Assembly (NCBI GenBank): GCA_040954595.2
Contig: CM082580.2
Coordinates: forward strand, 2,594,783 to 2,658,782
Length of the DNA stretch: 64,000 bases
From: Balanoglossus misakiensis
Taxonomy: Eukaryota; Animalia; Hemichordata
Direction of reading: 5' to 3'
The notes beneath the pieces are model-generated. The model was given only the letters and a program-made list of their open reading frames with translations. It did no database searches and was not told the origin of the DNA. Position 1 is the first letter of the stretch; each line of letters starts with the position of its first letter. Of the stretch, positions 38,508 to 51,936 are shown piece after piece. Both the position numbers and the translations under genes were made by a program.

Positions 38508-39184
38508 GGCTGCATTCACAAACGCCTGGCGGGAGAATTCATTTTTTTACCGGTAATTTTCACATCCCCCCCCCGTACACAACCCGAAATATTTTCAAAT
38601 TCCCCCTTCCGAACTGCTAAAATTTTGGAATCCCCCCCCCCCCATTTTCTTTCACAGAGCACCCGTCTGTCACCTATCTGTCTTGTAAAAAAGAACAGCA
38701 GCGCTCCCATGAAAAGAATTTGAAACTGATGTTTCCCCTCATCAGTGGGTATTAAAACTGAACAATGTTTTTATTTTTTAAGTATTTGTATTCTGTGTTG
38801 GGAGACATTGTAAACCGAGTATTGAAGGGGTATGTTTTTCTTTTATAAAATTTTCTCACGTGGGAGGGGGTGTCACGTAAGAAAATGTTATAAAATACAG
38901 AGCTCAAAGCTGCATTTTAATGAACCCGGCAAAAGCAAATTAACTCAACTACCGGATGACAAATTTAACCGTCGCGCTCAAAGTTATCATGGGGTGGGGG
39001 GCAAGTCCCCTGACCTGGGACACTAGATAAACCAGTCAATGATTGAAAGGTGTTGATGAATGGAGGGGGTGGGTGTGGGAGGCGGTGTCGAAAATTTTGT
39101 AAAATAAAGGGCGCGAAACTGCATTTTTATGGACTTAAAATAAATTCTCCCCCCCCCATTCCAAAGGTGTTTGTGAATGCAGCC
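38508..39184. mobile_element. PIF/Harbinger-type MITE with TAA TSD
   Basis: taa|ggctgcattcacaaac ... gtttgtgaatgcagcc|taa; the site is empty in units 2 and 3. Confidence 0.85.
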
Positions 39185-40136
39185 TAAGTGTGTCTTTCCT
39201 TTTTATCTTGTAGGCCTATTCCAAAGTTCAATAATCATCACTCCGTGGGGAGTGTGAGTCTTTCTTTAGGAGAAGCTTTGAGCTCTCTTTATGTTCTGAC
39301 AATTGGTAAACGCTGTCTCAATGCTCCTCACCCATACCGGTACTGTTCGATTAAAGCCCTGTTTGATTCTAGCTAGTTTCCACTTCATGCTACGGAGGCA
39401 AATAATATTATTAGTTTATGATTTTACGGGTAATTAAATCGACAACTCATTTTACTAAATCGTATTATCACTGTATATTCATGACATTTTGGTGTTTTAA
39501 AGTTGTGCGTGTCGTTGTATTTCGAATAACTATGGAAGACCGGTCACGACATGCGACATGCGACCTGCGACTTCCAAACTGCGACCTGCGAGTTTGTAAA
39601 ACTGCGACATGCGACTTCCAAACTGCGACCTGCGACTTAACAAAAAAACACCCTGCGGCCTACGACTTCAAGCTACAACACGGTCGCTTTGTTCATACAG
39701 GCGACCTGCACACCGTGGCTTCGGATTTGGTCCAAAGATCAGATAACAAAGGTGGCTGTGTGAGTTACAAGCTCCGTATTTTGTAGGATAAAACACTTCG
39801 TGGCATAAATTGAAATCTTGAAACCTGGTTATTTCTACTATGCAGCTATATTTTACAGTTTCTTTTGAAAGATGATTTTTGTATTATTGACTAATTTTTG
39901 GTGTATACAATAAAGTCATATCTACATGTATATGTTACACTGTCTTAACATCTTTAATATTTTATTAATTAAAACTACACATAGAAATGCTCTTCTCTAG
40001 CAAGCCTGGAGTGCTAATAAGTGACCAAAGTAGTTTTTGATAACCAGTACATTCTGCCAGTTTTTTTATTATGTATAATTGTTGTCACAGAAATAATGTA
40101 TGCTTTAGGAATGTCTTCTAAGTGCTTATAATTAAT

Positions 40137-40625
40137 TATATTATATCATGCTACCATCCGCGATTCTGATTGGACGAGAGCTGAATCCAGCAATGGTAAA
40201 ATACTGTTTTACCATGGCTAGCAGTGGTAAAACGGGCCCCTGAACTAGCATACGGCAGCAAAATGTGCGGTTAAACCACAGTCGCGCGTGTTTAAACCAA
40301 ATAAATAAAACAAAAATAATGTTGAATTAACGGACGTTTTATTTTGGAACTGCTCTGTGGATATATTTGTCGCTTTGCCACGCGCGATGCCCGTCTTGTC
40401 ACTTTTTGTCGTCTCCTTCATGTTTAATGCTCGATCCCGACCGTTCGTGTTTACATTCGTCGTCGCCATGTTGGTTCACGATCGTAATTTCTCTTTCTGA
40501 CACCGTTTCGGTAAGAAAATGACACTAATATGCCACAAAAACAGTTGTTGATATAATATAATAGCAATAACCCCCGCCTCAGTCGGGTATACACTCGATT
40601 TGGGTACAATTCGCTCCATATACAC
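40137..40625. mobile_element. Family A interspersed repeat copy
   Basis: Matches the 17354 and 48688 copies. Confidence 0.75.
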
Positions 40626-42963
40626 TTCACTCCATGTTTGTAGTTGGAGAACTGGCCCTGTGGATAAGATTCTTTGATATGTACAGGGTGGAATTATGAG
40701 CAAGCTGGCACTGGAATAGGAGCGACTCAGTAATTTAACTTTCCACCACTTTATTCAAAATTGCGGCAAAAAATTACTCAGCACAAAGCTGCCAGCAAAA
40801 AGAACTGACAATGTCTGGTGGAAATGAAAAAAACCTTCAAGCATGTGATTGGTGCAAAAGTGCAAAGCTAGATTCCGCTAAAAGTCACATGTGTACACAT
40901 TTGTAAAGAGATTTTACACAGTGTCAGTTTTGAAGCAGGATGCCCCCTGTGGTACATGTTGATACAGAGCTATGTAATCAGTTATACTGATCATTGCAAA
41001 TGTAACCATATGCCGACTTCAGCATAAAAATCTCAGTTTATACTGTGGCTAATTATATTGGAGTTCTTATCAGTGTTTCGGGTCGCTAAGATGATAACCG
41101 TTGTAAACGTTTCCCATGATAAGAAAAATCGTCTAAGTTACTTTGATTGTTTGAGTGAGACTCCCCCCCCCCCCCTGGAACAGTGCGAACAATGTTGATG
41201 TGGTCATGAATAGAAAAAGTCGTATGCGAGAATTTTAGATGGCCCTCCCCTAAAAAATTGTTAATACCATTTCCATTGCTAGTGTTGTTACTGTGGATGG
41301 TTGTCAACGTACAAAACAGACTGTGTCAGCAAGCAAGTTAAAAGAACAGAAAAATATTCCCAGGTGACACATTTGTCAATTCTAGGAACAGCTGAATGTA
41401 ACATCGGTTCTTTTGATGTCAAATTATTTGGATTCTATTTGTGAGTATTATGAAAATATCGGCTTTTCTGAGAAACATGTTATACATCATCACCCATGCA
41501 TCTTTCCTAAGACTATTTAGTCCTTATTTAAAAAATATTTCTTGTTTTCGCTTTCTGAAAGTTTATCGTTCTCTTGGGTTTCAAACATGTACAGTACTTC
41601 TCAAACATTTCATCCTAGTTCTCTTTGACGTTTAAACTCAATTTTAATTCTGTTTTGCGTCTTGGTTTCTCTCTTTTTTGTAAATTTCCAACATTTCCTT
41701 GCAGTCCACAATAATATTCGGAGTTATTTCAGATTACCCTTGAACTGAAAACAGTTACGGGTACTGGCAAGTTGTGGATGAATTATAACGTTCACTAAAT
41801 ATGTATTTTTAGAGTCACATATAACGTCACGTGGATTCTTGTGTGTACACTACACCAAGTCGATAGAGATGACATCACCATTACTGCTGAAAAATATTTA
41901 TTTGGGAAAGCTTGACAAAAAATTAGTTGAGTACGCATACATTTTCAGTAATGCACTAAAATTATGCTGAGTAATCATTTGCACAAGCGCAAGTTAGAGA
42001 TTCAACCTAACGAAAACAATACCCCAACAAATTGTCCACATGTCCACGGACAGTTACATGAAATTGTTCCATTCACTTTCTATAATGCATATTACTTGCG
42101 TGAATCGAGGTGTACATAGGCCTACATGCACTTCAAACAGTAGACTAGCCCGCTAGTCGCTTGGGGATTTTTAAATCTCAATACTTTTTGTGTTTTCGGT
42201 GGTTTTTTGTCTTAATAAATAATTTCAATACTGTTTGCGTGCATGCTTGCCTTTAGCGTGTTTTTGGTAGTGAGGCGAGTTTCGAATTTGCGACTGAGCT
42301 TGTGGTTTCGGGTAGCGTCGACCAACACGTTCCCTACACAGCCCATAGACTTGGAGCAAGTCTATTCTGCCCAGTAAATATATACTATGTGAGCAATATC
42401 TTACACCAACTGCTTAATGCACATTTATAACACCGTGGGATAATATCTGTTGTCATTCATCACTCGCTTTAAAGCAATCCTGTCAAAGTTTAAAGGGCAT
42501 ATTTGAATGTTTTGTGCATTTAAGTTTTCCATTAGGGCCATCGAAACATCTGAGATCACTTCCTGGTCTTTTTTTGGCGGAAGTCCATATACATGCATCT
42601 TTCTTTCACGGACTTGACTTTGTTGTGTGTTTTTTTGTGTGGATTGGCTGCGCTGTACTCTATTGTCTTGTGACTGTTTGTCTTTGCAACCGGCAAAGCA
42701 AATACTGTATATTTGACCTATGAACTTAAGATCATGAATGGGTTTTCTCTCAATTATTTCTTACATTATTCATACATGCCATTCATCTGACATTGGGAAA
42801 TGTAACGGAATATATAATTTCATGCAGATCATATTTCAATTTAACTGGAAATCTGCTATTCACAAGTTTCCTTGTTTATGTCTCTATGGCAACACTGGTA
42901 TAGTTAAATGAGTGAGTTTCTAACTCTCTAGATCACAACAAGTCTTGATAGAAAACGCTGAAT

Positions 42964-45900
42964 ATGTATTACCTGGCAAGTCTCGTTTTTATATTGCTAT
43001 ATTGTGCTTATATTGCTATGTCGGTACAAGGTAAGTGTAGAAAAGACACATGGACTAAAATCTAACCTTCGACGGTGTTTTTGTCAATTTGTGATATTTC
43101 TGTGGCCTTTATCCTTAGTAGATCTATTAGCGTGCAGTTTAGGTAGATCTTATATAAATTTTCTGTGTTAATATAGGATATTTTAAACTGAAGCAATTTA
43201 ATTTGACATTTTCTTTATTTTTGTTCCCAGAATTATATAAAACAGCTCGAGAAATTGCTCTTAAATTTATTATGAACGTATAAAGGCATGCATGTCTCTT
43301 TAATGCACTTTAAAATCATTGCACAGTTAACAATATTCGAGTATTTTTGTCATTCGTGGTATTAAAATTAATTTTGAGAATGCGCTTATGTGTCCTACTT
43401 ATTTTCTTGTTACTTGTCAATATTATTGTAACCAACATATTGTGTTTGGGAGCAATTTTGCGCAAAAACTCCTATTTCAAGAAATCCCTTGTCTGACTGC
43501 CTTGTGATTTGGTTTATAGGGTCATGCCGAAATAGTCGTGGAAATTTTGTACTTGCGATCAGTTCTTCTTGATTTGTGGTCAAAAACTAAAAAATGGCTT
43601 GTCGAAATTTTGTTTGAGGATCCTTGGGTATTCGTATCATGAGTAAACAAATAACTAAGTCAATCCAATCTCTATAACTTAAGCAAACCTGGCTATATTG
43701 CAAATAAATTTGCCTCGTGTGTAAAACGGTTTGTAATAAGTCTTCTCTTGGCTGTCCTAAACAGCTTATAGTTAACAACATTGCAAACCTCATACTTCTG
43801 TCATATTCTATATTCTATTTCTTTTTGTCAGGATGCGATGAGAGATACAGACTGAGAAATGGAGAGGCAGTTCGAGTTAGTTCTCCAAACCATCCAGATG
43901 ATGATCACGACATCATTCTTAAGTGTACTTGGACCCTGACCAATACTGATGGTGGACTAATAATAGTCTGCTTCAGTCATTTCGAGTTAGTCTCGCAAAA
44001 TGACTCCATTTCACTTTTAGACGAGGGAAACGACAGCCATACCAGACAAGTGCTCAAATATACACACGATAATAGGCCTGGTGACCCACTCATCTTTGTA
44101 TCGTTAGGTGATGTCGCTTGGATAGTTTGGACAACAAGTGAGCAAAATACTGGATCATTTCATGCGACTGTAACTGCAGTGGAAAGTGAGTATCAAGTGT
44201 TTCATTTCAGTTATCTCTCAATTGAACAACAACAACAACAACAATGACGGTGTCAAAATGTTTTTACTTTTCTTTCTTTTGAATATCTAATCGTCATCGT
44301 CACCGTCATTATTTGGGTTGGGAGATCGAGATTCCTGTGTCAATACCGCTATTAATAATGCACATTTCAAATGGAAAATTGTCGCCGATCTCCATGTTAC
44401 GTCTACAAAGAAAACCCAGGTGACTTTTATGAAAACGAATCTCCTCACATATGTAGCAAAGGTTTTGAGGGCTATCATTTATCTGAAAATTTGTTCCCAG
44501 AGGCTTATGATGCGTCAGTGTAGAGGGTGGTATACCGGTAGGCCAAGCACACATACTTGCATGAGTGTCATAGTAAAGTCATCCAATGATTGTTTTTTTA
44601 TATAAATTTGTGTACAAAAACACTCAATGTTGGCCTGAAGGTTACACCTGTATATTAAAATCTACTGGATTGAATGGCCAAAGATTTTCTCACATAAGCA
44701 TATTTAATAGTTTGTGTAATGTTCTCGTTTGTACAATATAAATATTCTTCATCAGTGACGTGCGTTAAATCTCAACGTTCACATATGCCAAGGGCACTAT
44801 GCTCGCTGCTTTAATTTCGTACCGTCATTTCTATACATTTCTACCCAATACACTTTTGCATTATATTTCTTATGTAGGTTCCATCTCTGTGGACGCATGT
44901 CCAGTTGTATCAGGTGTAAGTATTAAACCAGACTGCTGAAAGGAATTCTTTTTAAAATGCAACATAAGAGCTCAGTTTGAGTCAAGTGCAGCGCCCCCAA
45001 TGGGCAAGGAACGAGTAAGCTTCAGAACAAGCTCTCCTGACGAGCGAATGAGGGCGTGGTTCAAACGAATATAGTGTTTATTTACCATTCAAAGTTTAGA
45101 TCAAGACAATAAATATTTGTCAATATATATCCGCGCGAAAGACGTGTGCCATCACATATCCGTATATATATGACGTAGACTTGCCCTCTCGTCATTAGAA
45201 TATTCAGATTTCAGGTAATCATATTTTTAAGGACTCTGACAGTAAAACAAAATTGGAAAAATATGATAAATAATATGAAAACTCTGAAAAATAGTTATAT
45301 TTGGTTTACTGTACGACTATCTTGGAACTTTTATAGACTTTCAAAAGTCAAAATGAACTAACAAATGCTTCATTGTGTCATTTCTGAACTCCGCCAGGTG
45401 CTTGAACCATTTCATCTAGCATCTGCTATGATCAAGGAATTAATGGATCTAAAGCTGCCTCTAGATGCAAGTCGGAACATAGCTAAAGGCAAGCGATTTC
45501 ACATTTCTGACAAAAATTAGACGTTCCAGTTCACGATGTCCAGACGCTGGAAACTTTGCAATGAACATATATTTGAACATCATGTGTTAGACAAATGTTG
45601 AAGTGATGCCCGAATATAATCTATATATGTAATGAATAACGGACAATTGGGAAATGCATATTACTCATTCTGCCTCTCAGTTTCAATTTCAAATCTTACA
45701 GAAATCCTGATACTTCTGGATGAAGGCATTGTGACTCTTCCGTCGCCGGCCGATAATGAAACAACAGACGCGGTGACCAAGTTCCTTCTAAACGCAACTG
45801 ATTCCCTCGCGAAGTCTGTTCTACGTGGGATGGAACCCGGCAGTGGGCCAGTTATCATACATTCAGAATTCTTTCAATTGCATTTGGAAAGCGATTCTGT

Positions 45901-47592
45901 GGTGCATCTTACCAACACCTCTTTATTACTCCGAGGCGGTAATGGTGTGAAATTTCCACCGGCAGAGAAGATGTTCTCCAATTTAACCTCTGGAGCAATT
46001 GTTAACAGGATTGTAAGAATCTAACCCTTGTTGTTGAACATGTTATCGCTTCTCTCTCAGTCTCTATTTCCTTAACCACACTCTGTAAACACATGCCAAT
46101 GAAGTTTATAATACATTATCGCCCATAGGTTAGTGTTTTTAACAGAAGTTTGCTTCTTCAAGACTACAATGGACGGAACACATTTCCAAGAAAATTTGTG
46201 TTGAGCTTGTCGTTCACTGATAGAGACGGCAAAGATTTAGAAGGTATTTATATCATCACAATATTACATACAACAGGATACAATCTAACATTCAAAGATT
46301 TGTGTGAACTCTACATAACTTGGTTTGTCTGTAAATATGGCTATGCAATATATATTTTCTTTTCAGCATAAAAGTTATTCTCTATTCACTCTTCCAGTGA
46401 AAGATACTACAGAAGACATTGAAATCACATTTGCTAGTGAAGCCCCTGAGCCAGAAACCGTCTCATTGATCGAAGGTGTGTACACTGAAGTCCATGACGT
46501 CACATATTTTGGATTTAATGTCGAGGTAGAGGTAGGTGAATGGAAATAAAACTAGTGAAATCAATTCTGATTATGTATACTGCTTTCTGCTATCAGCGAG
46601 CCAATACTAACAGATGTTAGCAAAAAGTGTTTATATTTCTCACAAAATTAATATTCATTCTATATATTCTATCGTCGCAGATAGCATGGTTGTTCCAACC
46701 ATTTATCATTAAGTTTGAAAATTGCAAACCTCTGTACGGAAATACAACAGTGTACGTCTTCAATGAACTTACGGCTTACTCTGACAAATACGTTGGATAC
46801 CAGTTCGCTGTTGATATGGAATTTGCAGGAAATTTTTCCACAGTGTTCATCCCAGAATACTATTTCTTAAGAACTGGAGAATATTATTTCACATTTACCA
46901 TTCCCCACAGTAAGTGTCCATGTTTAACATTTACCTTACACTGCACTGAAGTATTGTAAACATTTGCTGTTTAAAGCACATTTAATAGCTTGTGCATTGT
47001 CATGCATCATTTAAATTTACAGGTTCAAACCTATTATTTGTATCAGAACCTATCCTATCAATTCATGTAGTAAGAAAGTCTGAACTACTAGGCCAAAATG
47101 CATGAGTCTACATCCGGGGTTTTAAGAGTCGACGTCACCACCACGTCAAAAAGAATACAACTTCTTTGAGGTACCCTAACTTCTTTCTATTCTTTCCATT
47201 TTGTAGAGCAAGATATCCAGTTTGCATACACTGTCATACAAACTAGGTGTGATTATCTGAATATCCAGACTGACAGCTGGGAGAGTGACGGTTGCCAGGT
47301 ATGCACAATGGTTCCTCAAAAAATAATTTGGATTTATCAGAATCAATTTTGAAATTTGAACGTAACCAAATTCAATGCATCCTTTAGATATGACACAACT
47401 CAAACAGTAGGCAGGAGAAATTTGAGAACCTGTAATTCTTTGTCATATTACTCACAGAAAAGTTGCAACTTTTCAGCATTTATTTTAAATCCGTAGATTT
47501 CACCATTATCAAACGTCACCTCCACTGTGTGTCTGTGTAACCACCTGACGACATTTACATCCGGAATGGCGACAACAATGATATTACCCTAG
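42964..47592 (+). CDS. Secreted CUB + polycystin-1-like (PKD1L-type) GAIN/GPS protein with no transmembrane domain, copy 1 (~510 aa)
   Basis: Exons 42964-43030 (signal peptide MYYLASLVFILLYCAYIAMSVQG), 43832-44185 (CUB: SSPNHP..C.WTL..F.HFEL..D.I..SFHATV), 44878-44915, 45398-45488 (GC donor), 45681 (or 45702)-46012, 46129-46243, 46398-46525/46531, 46681-46909, 47207-47298 (TRCDYL..W.SDGCQ) and 47497-47592 (TVCLCNHLTTF...TAG) join in frame. Confidence 0.82.
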
Positions 47593-47802
47593 AAAACGAT
47601 TGGTTACATTCTAACCCATGATGCATTGTGATTTCCAACATGGCGTTGAACCAGTTGGTCCCTCTACATAATGCAGAGTGACCACATGAGGGCGATATGA
47701 ACAGAATTTCATTTTTATCAGAGGAATCCGATGGATTTTTGGCCACTTAGGCCTCCAGAGTTATTTATCATGCTTCATTCGTCCTTACCATATTCACACA
47801 AA

Positions 47803-49260
47803 TTATAATATGTAACAGGTTTGACCTGAGTGCGAGCGCAGCAAGCTTTCGTGTAGTATACTAGTATTCACATTGTTGTCAACACTCCACTTTCCACATG
47901 CATGCTTCGTCAACTTTCTCTTGGTCAACTGAAAGATTTGCAATACTTGCCCCCATAGATACAGGGCGCACTTTTCGAACTCGTAGGTATATAGAGATAT
48001 ACATTCTATTTCCCATAATCCCTCATTCTCGTACACGCGCTATCTAAAGTGCTCACTACGCTTCGGCCGCTCGTGCTGCGCTCGCTATTATGGGAAATAG
48101 AATGTATATCTATGGGGGCATCCATTAATTTTGATCTCTTCCTTAAAACGTAAAACCAATGTCCTTATTCATCGCAAATCCTACTCAGAAATGTACACCG
48201 TCCACAAGACCATCAAAGACGGTGGAAAATTAAGTTGGAAAATGAAATTTAGTAGCGTTTCTGGGCACTTTCTGGGCCGTTTTCGAGAGCCCGACGGTCG
48301 GCGCCATATTGAATCACGCGAAATCTTAATCACGCAAAATCACGCGAGACTTCGAAATTACTTTACGCATGTAAGGGGCCACCACCACCAACATTTATTC
48401 TTTATGAGCCTAAACGTTTAACCACAACAAAACTACCACAAGGACCTTGTGAGAATGAAACACACCGATCAAAGATAATCTGAAGCTAATAATGAAACCC
48501 ACCGATCAAAGATAATCTGAAGCTATCAGAGAATGGAACGTCTTAAATTTGGCAAAGTATTGCAAAGCCTTCAGTTGACCATCAGAAAGTTGATGAAGCA
48601 TGCATGTGGAAAGTGGAGTGTTGACAATAATGTGAATATATACATGATAGCTTGCTGCGCTCGCACTCAGGTCAAACCTGTTACATATTATTATATCATG
48701 CTACCGTCTGCAATTCTGATTGGACGAGAGCTCAATCCAGCGATGCTAAAATACTCATAATGCACTGCTGGCAGTGGTAAAACGGGCCCCTGAACTAGCA
48801 TACGGCTGCAAAAATGTGCGGTTAAACCACAGTCGCGCGTGTTTAAACCAAATAAATAAAACAAAAATACTGTTGAATTAACGGACGTTTTATTTTGGAA
48901 CTGCTCTGTGGAAATATTTGTCACTTTGCCACGCGCGATGCCCGTCTTGTCACTTTTTGTCGTCTGCTTCATGTTTAATGCTCGATCCCGGCTGGATCCC
49001 GGCCGCTCGTGTTTACATTCATCGTCGCCATGTTGGTTCACGATCGTAATTTCTCTTTCTGACGCCGTTTCGGTAAGAAAATGACACTGATATCATGCCA
49101 CAAAAACAATTGTTGATATAATATAATAGCAATAAAACACCCCAGCCATGGTATACCACTCGATTTTGACCAGTTCAAAATATACGCTCGTGCGTATATG
49201 TCGTGAACTGGTCAAAATCTCGTGGTATACCATGGCTGGGGGTGTTTTATTGCTTAAATT
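47803..49260. mobile_element. Composite insertion downstream of copy 1: element with ~150-bp TIRs (47805-48690) plus a family A element
   Basis: taatatgtaacaggtttgacctgagtgcgagcgcagcaagct is inverted at ~48645-48690; the whole block is absent at the paralogous site in unit 2 (~60330). Confidence 0.75.
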
Positions 49261-50989
49261 ATATCATAGTGTCATTTAGGCCCAACCACCATCATCACTA
49301 TTCTCTGCCGAGTCTTTGGAATATATGCCATGAGTAATTTATTCAGATACATTGAATTCGTTATTCACAAATGTGTAAATCATTATTCGATTGATTTTTT
49401 TGTCAACTTTATACAAAGGAAAACTGTGATTAATTTTCAATTCGAAAAATTGTTGGATTCCAGATTGAAATACAATCATTATTATGTTGGTTTTTTATGT
49501 ATCTCGTGGTTGTTAATGTTAGATTTCTATTTCAAATTAAATCAATATGTTTGCATATTTACACACTCAACTCAATAGTAATTTTAGTAGCCTAGTAGCC
49601 TATTGTTGTTCATTCTTGTATTTTTACAGTCACACATATACATAAAGCTACCCATTTCAAGTATACCTTACATTTTGTCATTTTGAAAGCTTTGTATAAT
49701 TAAATACTTGCATGTTATCCTTCTTTTAAAAAAAGTGGAAACCTACGGATGAAAATATCAGGGGCTAGTTTATATCCTCGGTGTTGTTTGTTGCGAGTTT
49801 CAATTGTTAAACATTTTAAATGAACGACTCATATTGTATCAAATTCAAAATTCAAAATGGCCGCCAATCAATGTGTTAACTGTAAGGAGAAAAAATAAAG
49901 TGGTAATTTTCACGAAGACAAAGTAGTCAATGAATTATTTTCTTCTTTGTTTCCAAAAAGACTTCTCATAAACCTTAATATTGCAAAGAATTAAAAGGTT
50001 TGGATGACTATTATTTTTTTAAAAGCAAGAAACAAACAAAAACAGAAAATTATTCCAAGGTGACATTTGCACATTTGTCAATGATAGGTACAGTTCACAG
50101 TCTCGTGGGAATTGAAATGTAAATACACCACGATTGGGCCTGTGACATAGGGGATCGTCGTGTGTTACAGTTGAATGTAAAGTCGGTTCTTTTGATGTCA
50201 AATTATTTGGCTTCTCTTTGTGAGTGTAATGAAAGACTACAAAAATTTGGGACAATTCACCCGGCTTCATCAAATATTACACTATGAATTTAGATCTTAG
50301 CATGGCACCAATCATTTCCCGAGGGCAAACTATTCTGCTATCCCCGGCGTGTCCGCTACACTTTTAAATTCAATGGCTCAGTATAAGTGTGTCTTTCCTT
50401 TTTAACTTGTAGGCCTATTCAAAAGTTCAATAGTCATTACTCCGTGGGGAGTATGAGTCTTTCTTTAGGAGAAGCTTTGAGTTCTCTTTATGTTCTGACA
50501 GTTGGTAAACGTTGTCTCAATGCTCCTCACCCATACCGGTACAGTTCGATTAAAGCCCTGTTGGATTCTAGCTAGTTTCCACTTCATGCTACGGAGGCAA
50601 ATAATATTATTAGTTTATGATTTTACGGGTAATTAAACTGACAACTCATTTTACTAAATCGTATTATCACGGTATATTCATGACATTTTGGTGTTTTAAA
50701 GTTGTGCGTGTCGTTGTATTTCGAATAACAAAATCTCTTTCTTCTTTTCTCTTAACAAATTGTTTAAAATTAGCTACACAATCGTCTCAGTGCGTTGTAC
50801 ATAGCCCGAAAAAGTAAATTAATAAGTAAATAGCTGGATAAAATAATTAAACAAAAAACTACAATCACACACACATTACACATAAAACTGAGGTTGTTTC
50901 TTTGTAACTGCTACAATGAACGTCATTGCATAATTGTGGTTGTCACTTTGTATGACACTGTAGTGTAACTGCTACAATGTATATCATTG

Positions 50990-51793
50990 CTAAACAAACA
51001 ATCTTGACCGTTTAGGCCGTCACACCTGGGCAACGTCTGTGAAACATATTTTATTTTCATATGGGTTCGGGCATGCCTGGATTTCCCAGGAAATAGGCAA
51101 TAAGCATTTGTTCCTTTCAGCATTTGAGACAAGAATTTCAGATATTTTGAAGCAACAATGGAAGTCACATTGTTCGTCCAAAACCAAACTCCGTACATAC
51201 ACACTTTTTAAATCATTGTTACACCCTGAAAAGTATCTCAATGTCAACTGTACACGAAATGTCAAACAAATTCTTGCATGTTTTCGCTGTTCTGCCCTTC
51301 CTCTTGCAATAGAGGAGGGAAGACATCAGAACGTGGACGTTTCAGAGAGACACTGTAGGCTATGCTCTGGTGAACAAATAGAAGACGAGTATCACTTTCT
51401 ACTTGTTTGTCCCTTATATGATAATCTTAGAAAACAATATATTGGTGACATTAAGAATCCTCACTTCCAAATGTTTGTAAATTTCATGAGTGCATCAGAA
51501 TCCACCAAGATACTTTCGCTATGTAATTATGTTTACAATGCTTTTAAACTTAGAGAAACTGTGTTAAAAAAACCATCAATCCATACAATACTGTTAAGTT
51601 CCTCAGTTTGTATCCTGAGTATGTAATTCCACACATCTGCTGGTTGATGTTGTCACTTGTACTATTTGAGTACATGTATTATTTAATTCTTTTTTGTACA
51701 ATCTTCTGGTTACCTTTATACCCCCTTGCTTATGGGCTGGAGGCCTTGAAAAGCAATAAACGTGCACTATTGTGCACCTGAACCGAACTGAAC
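50990..51793 (+). mobile_element. 5'-truncated LINE 3' end (RTE-X-like) with C-terminal CCHC zinc finger
   Basis: KLRTYTLFK...EKYL...FRCSALPLAIEEGRH...C..C...IEDEYHFLLVCPLY..LRK; AATAAA at ~51755 and a ctgaa-repeat tail; inserted into a minisatellite that is uninterrupted in unit 3. Confidence 0.78.
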
Positions 51794-51936
51794 TATATCA
51801 TTGCATCATTGTGGTTGTTACTGTGCATTAGCTGAAGTATAACTGTAAAATCATTGCAACCAAAATGTATTGTTACTTTATATCACTTTTCCAATTTACT
51901 TTGATTGTGTGAGTGAGACCCCCCCCCCCCTGGTCT

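Noticed and set aside
39545-39710. Short repeated tgcgac units resembling a regularly spaced array, and the 122-aa ORF at 39418
   Set aside because: Irregular subterminal-type repeats of an insertion private to unit 1; no constant repeat with unique spacers, and the context is eukaryotic, so it is not CRISPR.
44186-44247. Poly-Q tail on the CUB ORF in the ORF track
   Set aside because: Read-through into an intronic (CAA)n tract after the GTGAGT donor.
46368-46397. Upstream acceptor (ttcag|CATAAAAG) for exon 7
   Set aside because: Wrong phase for the phase-1 donor at 46243; the acceptor at 46398 gives GKDLEVKDTTEDIEITF in frame.
47023-47105. Possible extra exon in CUB-GAIN copy 1 after tttacag
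   Set aside because: It runs into TGA in the required phase, the acceptor is altered in copy 2 (tttacaag), and 46909 joins 47207 in frame without it.
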